Positions 38,146 to 46,823 of a DNA stretch of 46,823 bases are shown here, in pieces. Each line of letters begins with the position of its first letter. Position 1 is the first letter of the stretch. The notes beneath the pieces were generated by a model. It was not told where the DNA came from and did no database searches. It saw only the letters and a program-made list of their open reading frames with translations. A program made the position numbers and the translations under genes. The DNA is from an uncultured Verrucomicrobiota bacterium (GTDB lineage Bacteria; Verrucomicrobiota; Verrucomicrobiia; Methylacidiphilales; Verrucolacustridaceae): the NCBI GenBank assembly GCA_903956835.1, contig CAJBOM010000084.1, positions 1-46,823 of the forward strand. Direction: 5' to 3'.

Positions 38146-39095
38146 CCCTCGAGAAACTTTTTTCGAAATAGTTCCATCACAACCCTAGGATCCGCAAACG
38201 TTTCATACTCGGTCCCATGGGTCTTATGAGGACGAAACTCCCTTAGGATCCCTGCCAATTCACCAACATTACGGTATAGCAAAGCCTGATTCCCCAACAT
38301 CTCAAGATGAGCCCTCTCCCTTGATTCTGAAAATGTAATCACTGGCTTCCCCAAAACGGCAAACTCTCCCACGGCTAAACCGAATGTTTCCCCATGCCAG
38401 CGGGCATGAAGCATGGCATCGCAGGTGGCGAGGAATTTCGCCTTTTCGAATGGATCCACTGTGGCCTGAAGATAGTGAACATTGGAGAAGCTCTCAGTCC
38501 CGCGGATGGTTTCAGTATTGAGAAATACAAAATGATCGCCCGTGCAGTTTCGCGCGTGCTCAAATACAGCCCTCCGTACAAAAGGGATATTAAAAGTGTC
38601 CCACCCGCCATGCCGACCAAAGACCTTAGCGCCATTGGGAATCCCCAGTTTTCCCCTGAGGTCTTCCTCAGAAACGAGCTGGGGGACAAAAAATGGGACA
38701 AAAGAGATCCCCCGCCCGGTCATCACCCGTGACATCCAGGACGACAGATAAGCATACGACTCCCCGTGAAATTCATCGCAGAGAAACTGGGCATGAACAC
38801 AGTTTTTAATGCCTGGCACAAGAAAACCGTCAAAAGGCCCTGGTTTGGTTAGGTATAGGACTCCTGCCGCTTTTTTCTTCAGCTTCCTGCTTAGGTCGTT
38901 TTTATCGGCGTACTGAATTACCTCAAACTCCTCCCGCCATTTTTTTAGCAGAGGGTTTGCGGCAAATTCAGGGCGATCTGGAAGACAGAGAACCGATTTG
39001 TTCCCCAACACGGAACAATTCAACCGCGCGTAATCCAACATGGCACCCTCTGATCCCCGCTCGGTCAATATTCGACTATGAAAGGCGACTTTCAT
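38142..39095 (-). CDS. Putative GT-B (family 4-like) glycosyltransferase
   Basis: CDAMLHARWHGETFGLAVGEFAVLGKPVIT (E-x7-E-like motif). Confidence 0.7.
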   Translation of the reverse strand: MKVAFHSRILTERGSEGAMLDYARLNCSVLGNKSVLCLPDRPEFAANPLLKKWREEFEVIQYADKNDLSRKLKKKAAGVLYLTKPGPFDGFLVPGIKNCVHAQFLCDEFHGESYAYLSSWMSRVMTGRGISFVPFFVPQLVSEEDLRGKLGIPNGAKVFGRHGGWDTFNIPFVRRAVFEHARNCTGDHFVFLNTETIRGTESFSNVHYLQATVDPFEKAKFLATCDAMLHARWHGETFGLAVGEFAVLGKPVITFSESRERAHLEMLGNQALLYRNVGELAGILREFRPHKTHGTEYETFADPRVVMELFRKKFLEG

Positions 39096-39135
39096 GTCAG
39101 TAATAGGAGGTCCGAGGACTGATACCAGAATACAG
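39094..39135. repeat. Degenerate 7-nt tandem repeat array downstream of the four-helix-bundle gene
   Basis: Plus-strand units atgtcag taatagg aggtccg aggactg ataccag aatacag (CAG-A-like core every 7 nt). Confidence 0.55.
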
Positions 39136-39156
39136 CTTTTTGTAATACGGCTATAC

Positions 39157-39558
39157 TCATCTTTTCTCCGCCGGGGACGAGGAACGGCAAAAACTCTCCT
39201 GTTTTGCCATCATCCCCCCAATCAACCTTCCTATTTCTTGAGAGAGCAGGATGAAGGACTCTTTGGACTCCCCACTCAAGTAGCCAGAGGCGTAGGCTGT
39301 GTCGATCCAGTGCTGACTTTCCTGAAGCTCGGCATCGGCGTCGGTCATTTTACTAAGAAAGTGGGCTGGATAGCGCCTCTTGGCCCATGCCTCTGCCATG
39401 GCTGCACCGATGGCCCGTGAGGATCTTCGTATTTGGCTGGTAAGGGCATAAAGCTCTTCTTTCGGCCAAAGCTTGCTCTCCTCAAAAACCATCTCTTGGA
39501 GCCTCACCGCCTCCTGATATGCCCTGAGCTCTTTAAAGCTGGAAATTATTTCTGCCAT
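39157..39558 (-). CDS. Four helix bundle protein (23S rRNA intervening-sequence protein / TIGR02436-like)
   Basis: SFKELRAYQEA, PKEELYALTSQIRRSSRAIGAAMAEAW.KRRY..HF..K..DADAE..E..HW. Start placed at ATG 39558. Confidence 0.92.
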   Translation of the reverse strand: MAEIISSFKELRAYQEAVRLQEMVFEESKLWPKEELYALTSQIRRSSRAIGAAMAEAWAKRRYPAHFLSKMTDADAELQESQHWIDTAYASGYLSGESKESFILLSQEIGRLIGGMMAKQESFCRSSSPAEKR

Positions 39559-40181
39559 CTGTCTTCCGTAATCTGTCGTCGGGTTTCTGCACTGACATAA
39601 AACTCCATCCGTTGATAAACCAGCTCGAGCTGATAGCCCGCACTTCTCATTCGCTGAAACCAGGCAGGTCGCATTGTCGGATTCCATAAGCCGACCCATT
39701 GAGGCCGGATCTGATTGGTTCGGATTTCCCTACAAACACCCGTCGCCTCGCGCGACCCCCTTGTTGTGATACCAAGAAGATCTTTTTTTCTCTCTTTCGC
39801 TGACCATTTAATCAGGCGCCCTTCATGAATCTCGGTTTCAAGACGCGTTTTTTTGAGCGAAAACAAAGGAAAAGGACGGTGCTCCCAAGCCTCAACGCTC
39901 CATCCATCGCCCAGCCCCTCAAGCCAAACTCCCAAACTCCCCACGAGGCCATCTCCCGCAACCAGCTCGTATATCCGACCGGGCCTATTTCTCCCTAAAA
40001 ACCTATCATGAAATACCCTGAAGAACCCCTCCTTGGTAAATCCCTCCTGCTCCAAACCCCATCTCCGCTCATACCCCGCCAACTTTTTGCGGTACCAGCC
40101 GCGTGATACTGCAGGGTATCGCCGGTACAACCATCCGCGAACAATACGAAGAACCGGTTTCATAGACCCTTTTTCTAGCAC
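39546..40181 (-). CDS. Hypothetical protein (possibly degenerate FkbM-like methyltransferase fold)
   Basis: 211-aa ORF with codon style like its neighbours; YELVAGDGLVGS...WLE..GW..EAWE weakly recalls FkbM motifs. The start may be ATG 40163. Confidence 0.55.
   Translation of the reverse strand: MLEKGSMKPVLRIVRGWLYRRYPAVSRGWYRKKLAGYERRWGLEQEGFTKEGFFRVFHDRFLGRNRPGRIYELVAGDGLVGSLGVWLEGLGDGWSVEAWEHRPFPLFSLKKTRLETEIHEGRLIKWSAKERKKDLLGITTRGSREATGVCREIRTNQIRPQWVGLWNPTMRPAWFQRMRSAGYQLELVYQRMEFYVSAETRRQITEDRWQK
39551..39592. repeat. Degenerate 7-nt tandem repeat array upstream of the four-helix-bundle gene
   Basis: Plus-strand units tctgcca tctgtct tccgtaa tctgtcg tcgggtt tctgcac. Confidence 0.75.
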
Positions 40182-40246
40182 AGAATCCCCTTGGAATCGT
40201 CTTCTTCCTATCGCCGTTTTCAGGAGTTCCGCTAGGATCTTGTCCT

Positions 40247-41413
40247 ATGTCCCCTCACCGCACCCTAACCCCGGCCAGCCTTCGGCTTGTTGAACAGGGT
40301 TGGGAAAAACTCGGCCTGATTCTACCAAGATCCATTTTGAATTGGGCTGAAGTTCATGCCGCTCCAAGTCTTGTGTCGAATGCCGAAACCAAGAGATGCC
40401 TGGATTTCTGGTCCTCTCGGAAAATCGCCCTAGTCAAACAAACTGCCTATCAAGGAGCTTACCTTCCGGGAGCGGGAAGAAGCTGGGTCCAAACGATCCT
40501 GACAGCCCAGGCGCACCTTGGTCCCATGTCCTTTTTGGCTGATCTCAATGCCGACTATTTTGTTGTGCGCCAAACCCCTGATCCGGAAACCTATCTTTGG
40601 AAAAAAAAGTTTGCTGGGGATCCTAACCCCGAGATTGCATTTCGTCGGATCCAAACATGGCAAGAGAAACAAGATGAGATGGGCGTGGTAGATTGCGATC
40701 AGATTCGGTGGGATGATTACGATCTTGTGATCGGTCTGGATATTCCTATCCCGACCCGCATTGTTTCGAAATCTAAAAAGACGATTTGGGCCTACTACTC
40801 CGTTGAAGCGGGCGGCACCCTCCACAAGAGCTCCATTCAGAAGCCCGTAAGCGGGTACCACTTGTACCTGAATCACTGTTTCCGTCGTTTTCGCGCCCGG
40901 CCTGGCAATAAAAGCCATGTCCTTGAATTCCCCTTCACTTTCCAATCGGCAGCTTCATGGAGAATTTTAGCCAAAGAGACGGCCAGCGTAGTTACTAACC
41001 GCCGGGGCGCTGTTGTCGACCGAGCCAGCTGGCAATCCCATACCGGGGGAAAACCCACTTTCATGACCCCCTTATCCGGGGATGCCGCCGCCTACATCCG
41101 GCTGATGTCATCGAGTCAGTTCTCCATCCGGACCGACCCGAAGACCCGCTGGGGAAATTGGGCCCTAGAAGCTATTCAGGCTGGCAGCCTTTTCTTGGGC
41201 CGAGCGGACTCGCTCGCCATGCCCGGGGTTCTTCTTCCAGATCTGATTGTTGCAGACCTTGCCTCAGCCCATAAAAAGATTGAAGCCCTTCTCAATAAGC
41301 CTCTCTATATGCAATCCTTGGCCCGGACTCAGGCAGCTTTGGCGGAACATCTGGCTTTTAGCCGACCCTTGATGGATCTTACCGCACGGGCAAAACAGTT
41401 CTTCCAATCATGA
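40247..41413 (+). CDS. Hypothetical protein in the glycan locus (possible glycosyltransferase)
   Basis: 388-aa ORF with ATGA overlap to GT10; WGNWALEAIQAG weakly resembles a GT-B C-terminal motif. Confidence 0.55.
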   Translation: MSPHRTLTPASLRLVEQGWEKLGLILPRSILNWAEVHAAPSLVSNAETKRCLDFWSSRKIALVKQTAYQGAYLPGAGRSWVQTILTAQAHLGPMSFLADLNADYFVVRQTPDPETYLWKKKFAGDPNPEIAFRRIQTWQEKQDEMGVVDCDQIRWDDYDLVIGLDIPIPTRIVSKSKKTIWAYYSVEAGGTLHKSSIQKPVSGYHLYLNHCFRRFRARPGNKSHVLEFPFTFQSAASWRILAKETASVVTNRRGAVVDRASWQSHTGGKPTFMTPLSGDAAAYIRLMSSSQFSIRTDPKTRWGNWALEAIQAGSLFLGRADSLAMPGVLLPDLIVADLASAHKKIEALLNKPLYMQSLARTQAALAEHLAFSRPLMDLTARAKQFFQS

Positions 41414-42336
41414 AAACCAAAATCTCAATTAACTTCATCGATTTTCCCGCCCAGAGTCGGGCTTTTTTTCTCGATCTACTTTCCCCCCACTACGACTTCA
41501 CTTTTGACGACACCCCGGATTTCCTTTTTTACTCTCACATCGGTCACCGCCACCGCCTCTACAACTGCACCAAGATTTTCCACACGCAGGAGAAATATTG
41601 GCCTAACTGGAGGGAGTGCGACTACGCGACTGTCTCTGTCTTGGTCGACGATCCCCGCTCTGCCTACCTGCCCATCTACGCCTTCGACGGGCGAAAGGAC
41701 AAACTGGTCCGCACTTCTGCACCGGATCCCGTGACCATTCGGGCATCAAAACCGCGCTTTTGCTCCCTGCTCTGCGCCTATGTTGATCGGACCGTGCGTC
41801 GGCGCGAACAGTTTTTTCATGCTCTGAACAGGCTTCGCAAAGTAGATTCAGCCGGTCGAGCTCTGAACAACACTGGGTACCGGTTGCCTCCGGGTGACCG
41901 CTACCAGGTAAAAGTTGATTGGCTCGCCGGCTATCGTTTCAACCTCGCCTTCGAAAACACTCCACGGGCCGGTTGGTGCACGGAAAAGCTGGTGGACCCC
42001 CTCCATGTGAACACCATTCCAATCTATTGGGGCGATCCTCGGGTGAAGGAGTTCTTCAACCCAGAAAGTTTTATCTGCAGGGACGATTTCTCCTCCGACC
42101 ATGAACTCGCTGAGTACGTTCTGCATGTGGACGACACTCCCGAGCTATACGCCAAATACATTCAAGCCCCACCGTTCCATAAGAATGTACCCAACTCAGC
42201 ATACGATATGAACACGTTGCTCGCTTTTTTTGATCGGATTTTTCGACACCCTCAAAGACCTGTGGCTCAGCGACGCTGGTTTTTTGGGCTTACGAAGTGG
42301 CGCCTGGCCAAGAGAAATAAATTGCCTGGGGAGTAG
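41410..42336 (+). CDS. Alpha-1,3/1,4-fucosyltransferase, GT10 family
   Basis: PDFLFYS, KVDSAGRALNN and YRFNLAFENT..GWCTEKLVDP...TIPIYWG (GT10 motif). Confidence 0.9.
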   Translation: MKTKISINFIDFPAQSRAFFLDLLSPHYDFTFDDTPDFLFYSHIGHRHRLYNCTKIFHTQEKYWPNWRECDYATVSVLVDDPRSAYLPIYAFDGRKDKLVRTSAPDPVTIRASKPRFCSLLCAYVDRTVRRREQFFHALNRLRKVDSAGRALNNTGYRLPPGDRYQVKVDWLAGYRFNLAFENTPRAGWCTEKLVDPLHVNTIPIYWGDPRVKEFFNPESFICRDDFSSDHELAEYVLHVDDTPELYAKYIQAPPFHKNVPNSAYDMNTLLAFFDRIFRHPQRPVAQRRWFFGLTKWRLAKRNKLPGE

Positions 42337-42351
42337 CTCGGCCTACAGATC

Positions 42352-43524
42352 TCATTTCGGACAGACCCCTAAAAGGTAATTGGCATAGACGGGCTTCAGG
42401 CTTTCCTCGCTGTAGTTTGACTGCGCAAAACTCAAACAGCTTTGGGAAAGCCGACCATATGATTCAGGGGTCATCTTTGAATTCACAGCAAATACAATCT
42501 CTAGGGCTTCCCTTGTCATCTCCGAAAGCAGATTTCCCGTAATCCCATTACGAACTGATTCGGCCACTCCCCCCCGATCAAGGGCCACTACGGGACATCC
42601 CAAGGCAAGACTATCCTGAATAATCAAAGGGAAGTTATCGATCAGCGAAGGATGAAACAGAAAATGGACTCGATTGAACAGTTTTCGGTACTCTTCGGGA
42701 TTCTCCACATGCCCCAAGGAGATGATCCGATCTGAGCAAAGGTCTGCGGGAAGATTTTTCCCAAGACAAAGGATTCTTGAATGTGCTTTTTCCAAAAGAT
42801 CGTTTTTATGAATCATTCGGAGGGTTGGGAGAATATTTTTTCTTTCATCTGCAAGATTGTCCGCCCCCACTAGGTAAGTCGTATATTCTCCATCCTTTTT
42901 CGTTTTGGGGATTTGGGCGAACTGCTCAGGCAATAGGGGGACAAGGACCTTGCCGGCATCTATCCCGTAAAGACTCTTTGCAAGTTCACGCAGCCAGTCT
43001 GAGGGCGCATTGACGAATAGCTTTTTACTTTGAAGAAGATCGTGAAGCTCCTTCGGTTCCAATCCCGCAAACCTAGTTGGTTCGATGGACTGATCCCACA
43101 CATAGGATCCCTTCACCCCAAGATAAAACATGTCATGCATGGTGATGATTACAGGAGAATGATTTACAGCCTCACGAATCCAGTTGCAGGACCACCCCCA
43201 TTTCTCTGCCCCGGCGATGTTCTGGAACCAGATAAGGTCCTGCGGATTCTTTCGAAGAAATTTTCGAAATCTAGTCATGGCCCTCAATTGCCGAGATTTA
43301 TCCATTTGTCCCCTTCCGAAACACATTTCTGTGAATTTATCCAACCAACCTGCTTTTCCATGGACAGCGCAGCTACGAAACTGCTTAAGCTCGACCTTAT
43401 CCCCGTGGATCGAAATGGTTTCATGACCGAGATCTTGGCAGACCGACCGCATTCGCAACGCAGCTTTGGCCGCGCCACCAAGGAAAAGATGGTCGTGCAC
43501 GAAGAGGATGCGCAACTTTGTCAT
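42352..43524 (-). CDS. Glycosyltransferase family 4
   Basis: GGAAKAA, TMHD, PSDWL and PSLIDNFPLIIQDSLALGCPVVALDRGGVAESV..G.TG.L. Confidence 0.9.
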   Translation of the reverse strand: MTKLRILFVHDHLFLGGAAKAALRMRSVCQDLGHETISIHGDKVELKQFRSCAVHGKAGWLDKFTEMCFGRGQMDKSRQLRAMTRFRKFLRKNPQDLIWFQNIAGAEKWGWSCNWIREAVNHSPVIITMHDMFYLGVKGSYVWDQSIEPTRFAGLEPKELHDLLQSKKLFVNAPSDWLRELAKSLYGIDAGKVLVPLLPEQFAQIPKTKKDGEYTTYLVGADNLADERKNILPTLRMIHKNDLLEKAHSRILCLGKNLPADLCSDRIISLGHVENPEEYRKLFNRVHFLFHPSLIDNFPLIIQDSLALGCPVVALDRGGVAESVRNGITGNLLSEMTREALEIVFAVNSKMTPESYGRLSQSCLSFAQSNYSEESLKPVYANYLLGVCPK

Positions 43525-44483
43525 TCTTTGCCCAAAACTCTTTGAAGCTTAACAAGTATTTTTTCGATCAGACTCAATCTCCCAGAGATACGGCGATAGT
43601 GGTTATAAAAAACTTCCTTATCCCATCGGATTGAATCTGCTTCAGAGGCTATTTTGAGTTTCTGATTGAAGATATCCCCACAGGAACGCGTCATGAGTTT
43701 TCCTCCCATGCCCCTAGTGTTTTCAGCCGAAGAGTCGAATCCAATATTTTTCACAAGGTTGGAAGTTGGATTCAACGATCGAGATCTATTTTGCCAATGC
43801 GCAAACATCCAAGGATAAGCCCAGCTTGAGATCTTGCCCGCTTGGATTTGATGAACTACCCCCTGCCAGTGTATCTTTTCCCTTCGGCTAAGATTTTGAC
43901 CCTCGAGAATCCTCCTCAACGCTGCTGGCGAATAATGAGCCGAATATTTTCGCCACGCGCGCCTCCAAGTAGCCCACCCCCAACAATGTGGATATTGCGA
44001 AAGGTAAGCACCAGCGTTAACCACTGTGTTCGATGGGAGAAAACAGCTTCCTGAGATGCTCATTACCTTGGGATCGTTTTTGTGATTCCTCAATCCTTCT
44101 TCACAAAATCGAAAGAATTCTCTCGTCGGAACGCAGTCATCTTCCAAGACAATAGCATGCGGAACCTTTCGAAAGACATCAGCCAGCCCCGTTTCCACGT
44201 TCTTTTTGAGGCCCAACTTTTTCAGTGCATACCGCATCTCTAATCTACACGGCCAATCAATCCCCGACCGCAGAGTCTCCCTTGCCCGCAGGCACTGGCT
44301 TTTTTCGTTTTCACTCCCTTTTTCCCAGGCGTCAGCGAAGCAGAACACTCTTGAGGGTCGATACTTTCGAATTCCACAAAGCACTTTCTCAAGATGCTTA
44401 TCCCTTCGGTGGATAAAAACAACCACCGGGATTTTCCCTCGACTCAGGCGCATATCTTTTCTTTTTGAAATTACTCTTTTCAT
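43521..44483 (-). CDS. GT-A fold nucleotide-diphospho-sugar transferase (HlpA-like)
   Basis: PVVVFIHRR, AIVLEDDCVP, HCWGWATWRRAW and NLVKNIGF. Confidence 0.85.
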   Translation of the reverse strand: MKRVISKRKDMRLSRGKIPVVVFIHRRDKHLEKVLCGIRKYRPSRVFCFADAWEKGSENEKSQCLRARETLRSGIDWPCRLEMRYALKKLGLKKNVETGLADVFRKVPHAIVLEDDCVPTREFFRFCEEGLRNHKNDPKVMSISGSCFLPSNTVVNAGAYLSQYPHCWGWATWRRAWRKYSAHYSPAALRRILEGQNLSRREKIHWQGVVHQIQAGKISSWAYPWMFAHWQNRSRSLNPTSNLVKNIGFDSSAENTRGMGGKLMTRSCGDIFNQKLKIASEADSIRWDKEVFYNHYRRISGRLSLIEKILVKLQRVLGKE

Positions 44484-44585
44484 CCTTTGGAAATCACCCC
44501 GAGACCACTCTAGGCTTTATGTTTGTCCTGCGAAGGAAAATTCCTCTACTCTTAGCCTCTTGAATCTACCCACCCCCATCGCCCA

Positions 44586-45383
44586 ATGCTGAAAACACTT
44601 TGCAAAAGTTGGTCTCGCAGGTTCCGTGGCGATCTCCCTCCTAAATCTCTCCTTAAAATCCCCCGTAAGACCACAGGAATGATCACTTTTCGGGGTCATG
44701 AATTTAACTACCTTGATCCACTCTCTCTTTATTGGAGTTGGCAGGAAATCTTCGGCGATGAGATATATCGTTTTCCCCATCCCACGGGCAACCCCAAGAT
44801 TCTTGATGGGGGCGCCAATCTGGGCCTTGCCTCCCTCTATTTTCTAAGCCTTTTCCCTAACGCCAGTATCACTGCGATTGAGCCCGACCCAATCTGCTTC
44901 AACTTGTTATCGAAGAACTTGTCCTGGGCAACTACTTCCTCTCTCGTACTTAGAAACTGCGCCTTGGCCGGTCAGCGCGGTCAAAGAAAGTTTTTTCCTC
45001 ATGCGGGAGATGCAGGACGGTTGGATGTGCCTCTCGCTTCTGCTTCGACAGGAGTGGAGGTCGATTGCTTCCCTTTGGATGACTTCTTATCTGAACCCAT
45101 CGATTTCGTAAAATTAGACCTTGAAGGTGCCGAAACAGAAGTTCTCACTTCTTCACGACTACTCCATTGTATCCATCATCTCTTTATTGAGCACCACTCC
45201 TTTACCACTCGTCCCCAGGACTTGGATCAAGCTCTTCGGACTCTTTCCGATTCAGGGTTCCGCTACTGGATCCAATCACAGTTCCTTCCTAAGAAACCTT
45301 ATGAGATCTTGGAGACCAATGAGGGCATGGACTTACAGGTGAATATTTTTGCTACCAACCAAAAGTGGAATAAACACAACTAG
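44586..45383 (+). CDS. FkbM family methyltransferase
   Basis: EIFGDEIY, ILDGGANLG, AIEPDP, IDFVKLDLEGAE and FIEHH. Confidence 0.92.
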   Translation: MLKTLCKSWSRRFRGDLPPKSLLKIPRKTTGMITFRGHEFNYLDPLSLYWSWQEIFGDEIYRFPHPTGNPKILDGGANLGLASLYFLSLFPNASITAIEPDPICFNLLSKNLSWATTSSLVLRNCALAGQRGQRKFFPHAGDAGRLDVPLASASTGVEVDCFPLDDFLSEPIDFVKLDLEGAETEVLTSSRLLHCIHHLFIEHHSFTTRPQDLDQALRTLSDSGFRYWIQSQFLPKKPYEILETNEGMDLQVNIFATNQKWNKHN

Positions 45384-46306
45384 CCTGCCTTGTCTTTCTT
45401 ATGGAGCTTTTTTGAAGCAGACAGAAAACTCCGTATTCCATCCTCTAAGCCTATTTTTGGGAGCCACCCTGTCGAACTAATGATTTTTTGAGAGCTTAAA
45501 TTTGTCCTCTCAACGTCCCATGATGGATGCGCAAGAAATTCGCAGTCAGGATGCCATTCGAGGCAGCTTGAGAAGACAGAGAGTACCTCGAGAACTGAAT
45601 GGGATCTTCCTGTGCACAGGTTCCAAATGCCATCCAGTCCACCCTCAAGAATCCGAGAAACTGCCTCACAGAAGTCATCCACATGAAGATAGTCTTTGGT
45701 CGCTGTTCCATCGCCCCAAAGAGTGGGTTTGGTGTTTTTGCAAAAACATTCAGCCAGTTTCGCTATAACACCCTGTGGAACCTTGCTCGCCCCTTGTGCC
45801 CCATAAAGATTTGAAATCCGCAGAATCGCAACCTTACCAAGGCCATGAGCAGAGTATTGCTGTAGAAGCTCCTCCGCAGCTACTTTCCCTGCCGCATAGT
45901 AACTTTTGGGAGCCAAAGTCGTTTCCTCAACTGCAGGCTGGTTTCCACATTCCCCATAGACTGCCCCAGTCGATGGGAAAACGAGCAAAGGTCTCTGCCT
46001 ATCTGGAAGCCGGCCTAAGGCCTGAAGTAGCCTGGAAATAAAGGGCAAATCTTTTTGCCATTCCGCCCCCTGCTGCTCCTCAGCGACTTTGGGGACTGTT
46101 CCCCAACCAAAGTGTAGAATCGCATCGAACAGCGACAAATTAGAAGGCTCAAGAAGAGCGTCTAATCCTTGATGCTCCCCAGCCTCTTTCCTAGAGAATG
46201 TTTGTACCACAGCGCTTTTTCTCCTCAGAGATTCAGCTACGATGGGGGCGTATCGTCCACGCGCACCAGTAACCGCTACCCTCAACCCTTCCAACTTTTG
46301 ATTCAT
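45380..46306 (-). CDS. NAD-dependent epimerase/dehydratase
   Basis: VTGARG, STGAVYG, YAAGK (YxxxK), RISNLYG and WGDGTATKDYLHVDD. Start placed at ATG 46306. Confidence 0.9.
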   Translation of the reverse strand: MNQKLEGLRVAVTGARGRYAPIVAESLRRKSAVVQTFSRKEAGEHQGLDALLEPSNLSLFDAILHFGWGTVPKVAEEQQGAEWQKDLPFISRLLQALGRLPDRQRPLLVFPSTGAVYGECGNQPAVEETTLAPKSYYAAGKVAAEELLQQYSAHGLGKVAILRISNLYGAQGASKVPQGVIAKLAECFCKNTKPTLWGDGTATKDYLHVDDFCEAVSRILEGGLDGIWNLCTGRSHSVLEVLSVFSSCLEWHPDCEFLAHPSWDVERTNLSSQKIISSTGWLPKIGLEDGIRSFLSASKKLHKKDKAG

Positions 46307-46323
46307 TGATTTTGGTTCGGCTT

Positions 46324-46823
46324 TTAGACGCAATACTTACGAATATTTCTCATCCAACACTCTCCAACCAGCAACTTATAAGCCATATCAGTATGCCGCG
46401 CCTTGGTTTGCCCTAAAGTCAAAACACGGTAAATCCAGCGCTCGGGAAGTAAACCGCTTTCAACCCAAGCCCCCCCGGAAAGCAAGGACCCATGCTTCTT
46501 TAGGATAGCTCTCTTCCACTCTTTTCCGGGCGGCGCAAACCCTCGTTTCGGTCGATCCAGCCACCAAGCAGGCAAAATATCGCGGGCCACATTTTTTAGC
46601 CATGTTTTGGGAGGGAGAAACTGATCTGCTGTGGCAGCACGATGGCCTAAGACTTTCTCCCAAAGTCGATGATCCAGCAGAAGTTGACGGGCCTCCACCG
46701 AATGAGCCATCCCAAGCCGGTCCGCAAGGGGCAAACCGTTCGCCAAAAGATAAGTGCGGGAAATCATTCTTGTAACTCTCAATCCGGCTGAATCTTCATG
46801 CCTGTCCCACTCTTTTCCGGCAG
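46324..46823 (-). CDS. Asparagine synthase (glutamine-hydrolysing)-like amidotransferase, 3' part (runs off the window)
   Basis: DRLGMAHSVEAR..LLDH, K.WLK.VARDILP...DRPKRGF..P; the frame is open to the window edge. Confidence 0.85.
   Translation of the reverse strand, partial: AGKEWDRHEDSAGLRVTRMISRTYLLANGLPLADRLGMAHSVEARQLLLDHRLWEKVLGHRAATADQFLPPKTWLKNVARDILPAWWLDRPKRGFAPPGKEWKRAILKKHGSLLSGGAWVESGLLPERWIYRVLTLGQTKARHTDMAYKLLVGECWMRNIRKYCV

Noticed and set aside
39157-39558. Diversity-generating retroelement suggested by the Avd-like protein
   Set aside because: No reverse transcriptase and no template/variable repeat pair visible in the window.

Overview
Gene-dense bacterial chromosome segment, probably from a Verrucomicrobiota genome (inferred from gene content and sequence style, not checked by search). 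Positions 1 to about 33 kb are mostly housekeeping: cNMP-FHA protein, cinA-recA, recN, CCA-adding enzyme, tRNA-Gly(GCC), rpoN, hisC-tyrA-aroA-cmk-plsC, pgsA and queC-queE. The + strand there has an extreme C>>G skew. Embedded in this backbone are four oddities: (1) a membrane transporter-like protein fused to an enediyne-type hotdog thioesterase, next to a duplicated tRNA 3' end; (2) a degenerate PurE-like domain in frame with HisC; (3) a divergent cluster of class III aminotransferase / alanine dehydrogenase / GNAT / HDAC-type deacylase / AstD-like aldehyde dehydrogenase that reads like an acyl-protected amine (polyamine) catabolic pathway; (4) a HEAT-repeat RNA methyltransferase. From about 33.7 kb the region becomes accessory. 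It has a toxin-antitoxin cluster (mazEF, hicAB with an apparent premature stop in hicA, and a small protein plus nucleotidyltransferase pair), then a mosaic surface-glycan locus (GT2, GT4, GT10 fucosyltransferase, FkbM, epimerase, partial asnB-like). Within the glycan locus is a four-helix-bundle gene flanked by mutually inverted 7-nt repeat arrays. No CRISPR array, rRNA, integrase or transposase was seen. All family calls come from motif recognition by eye; no searches were run.
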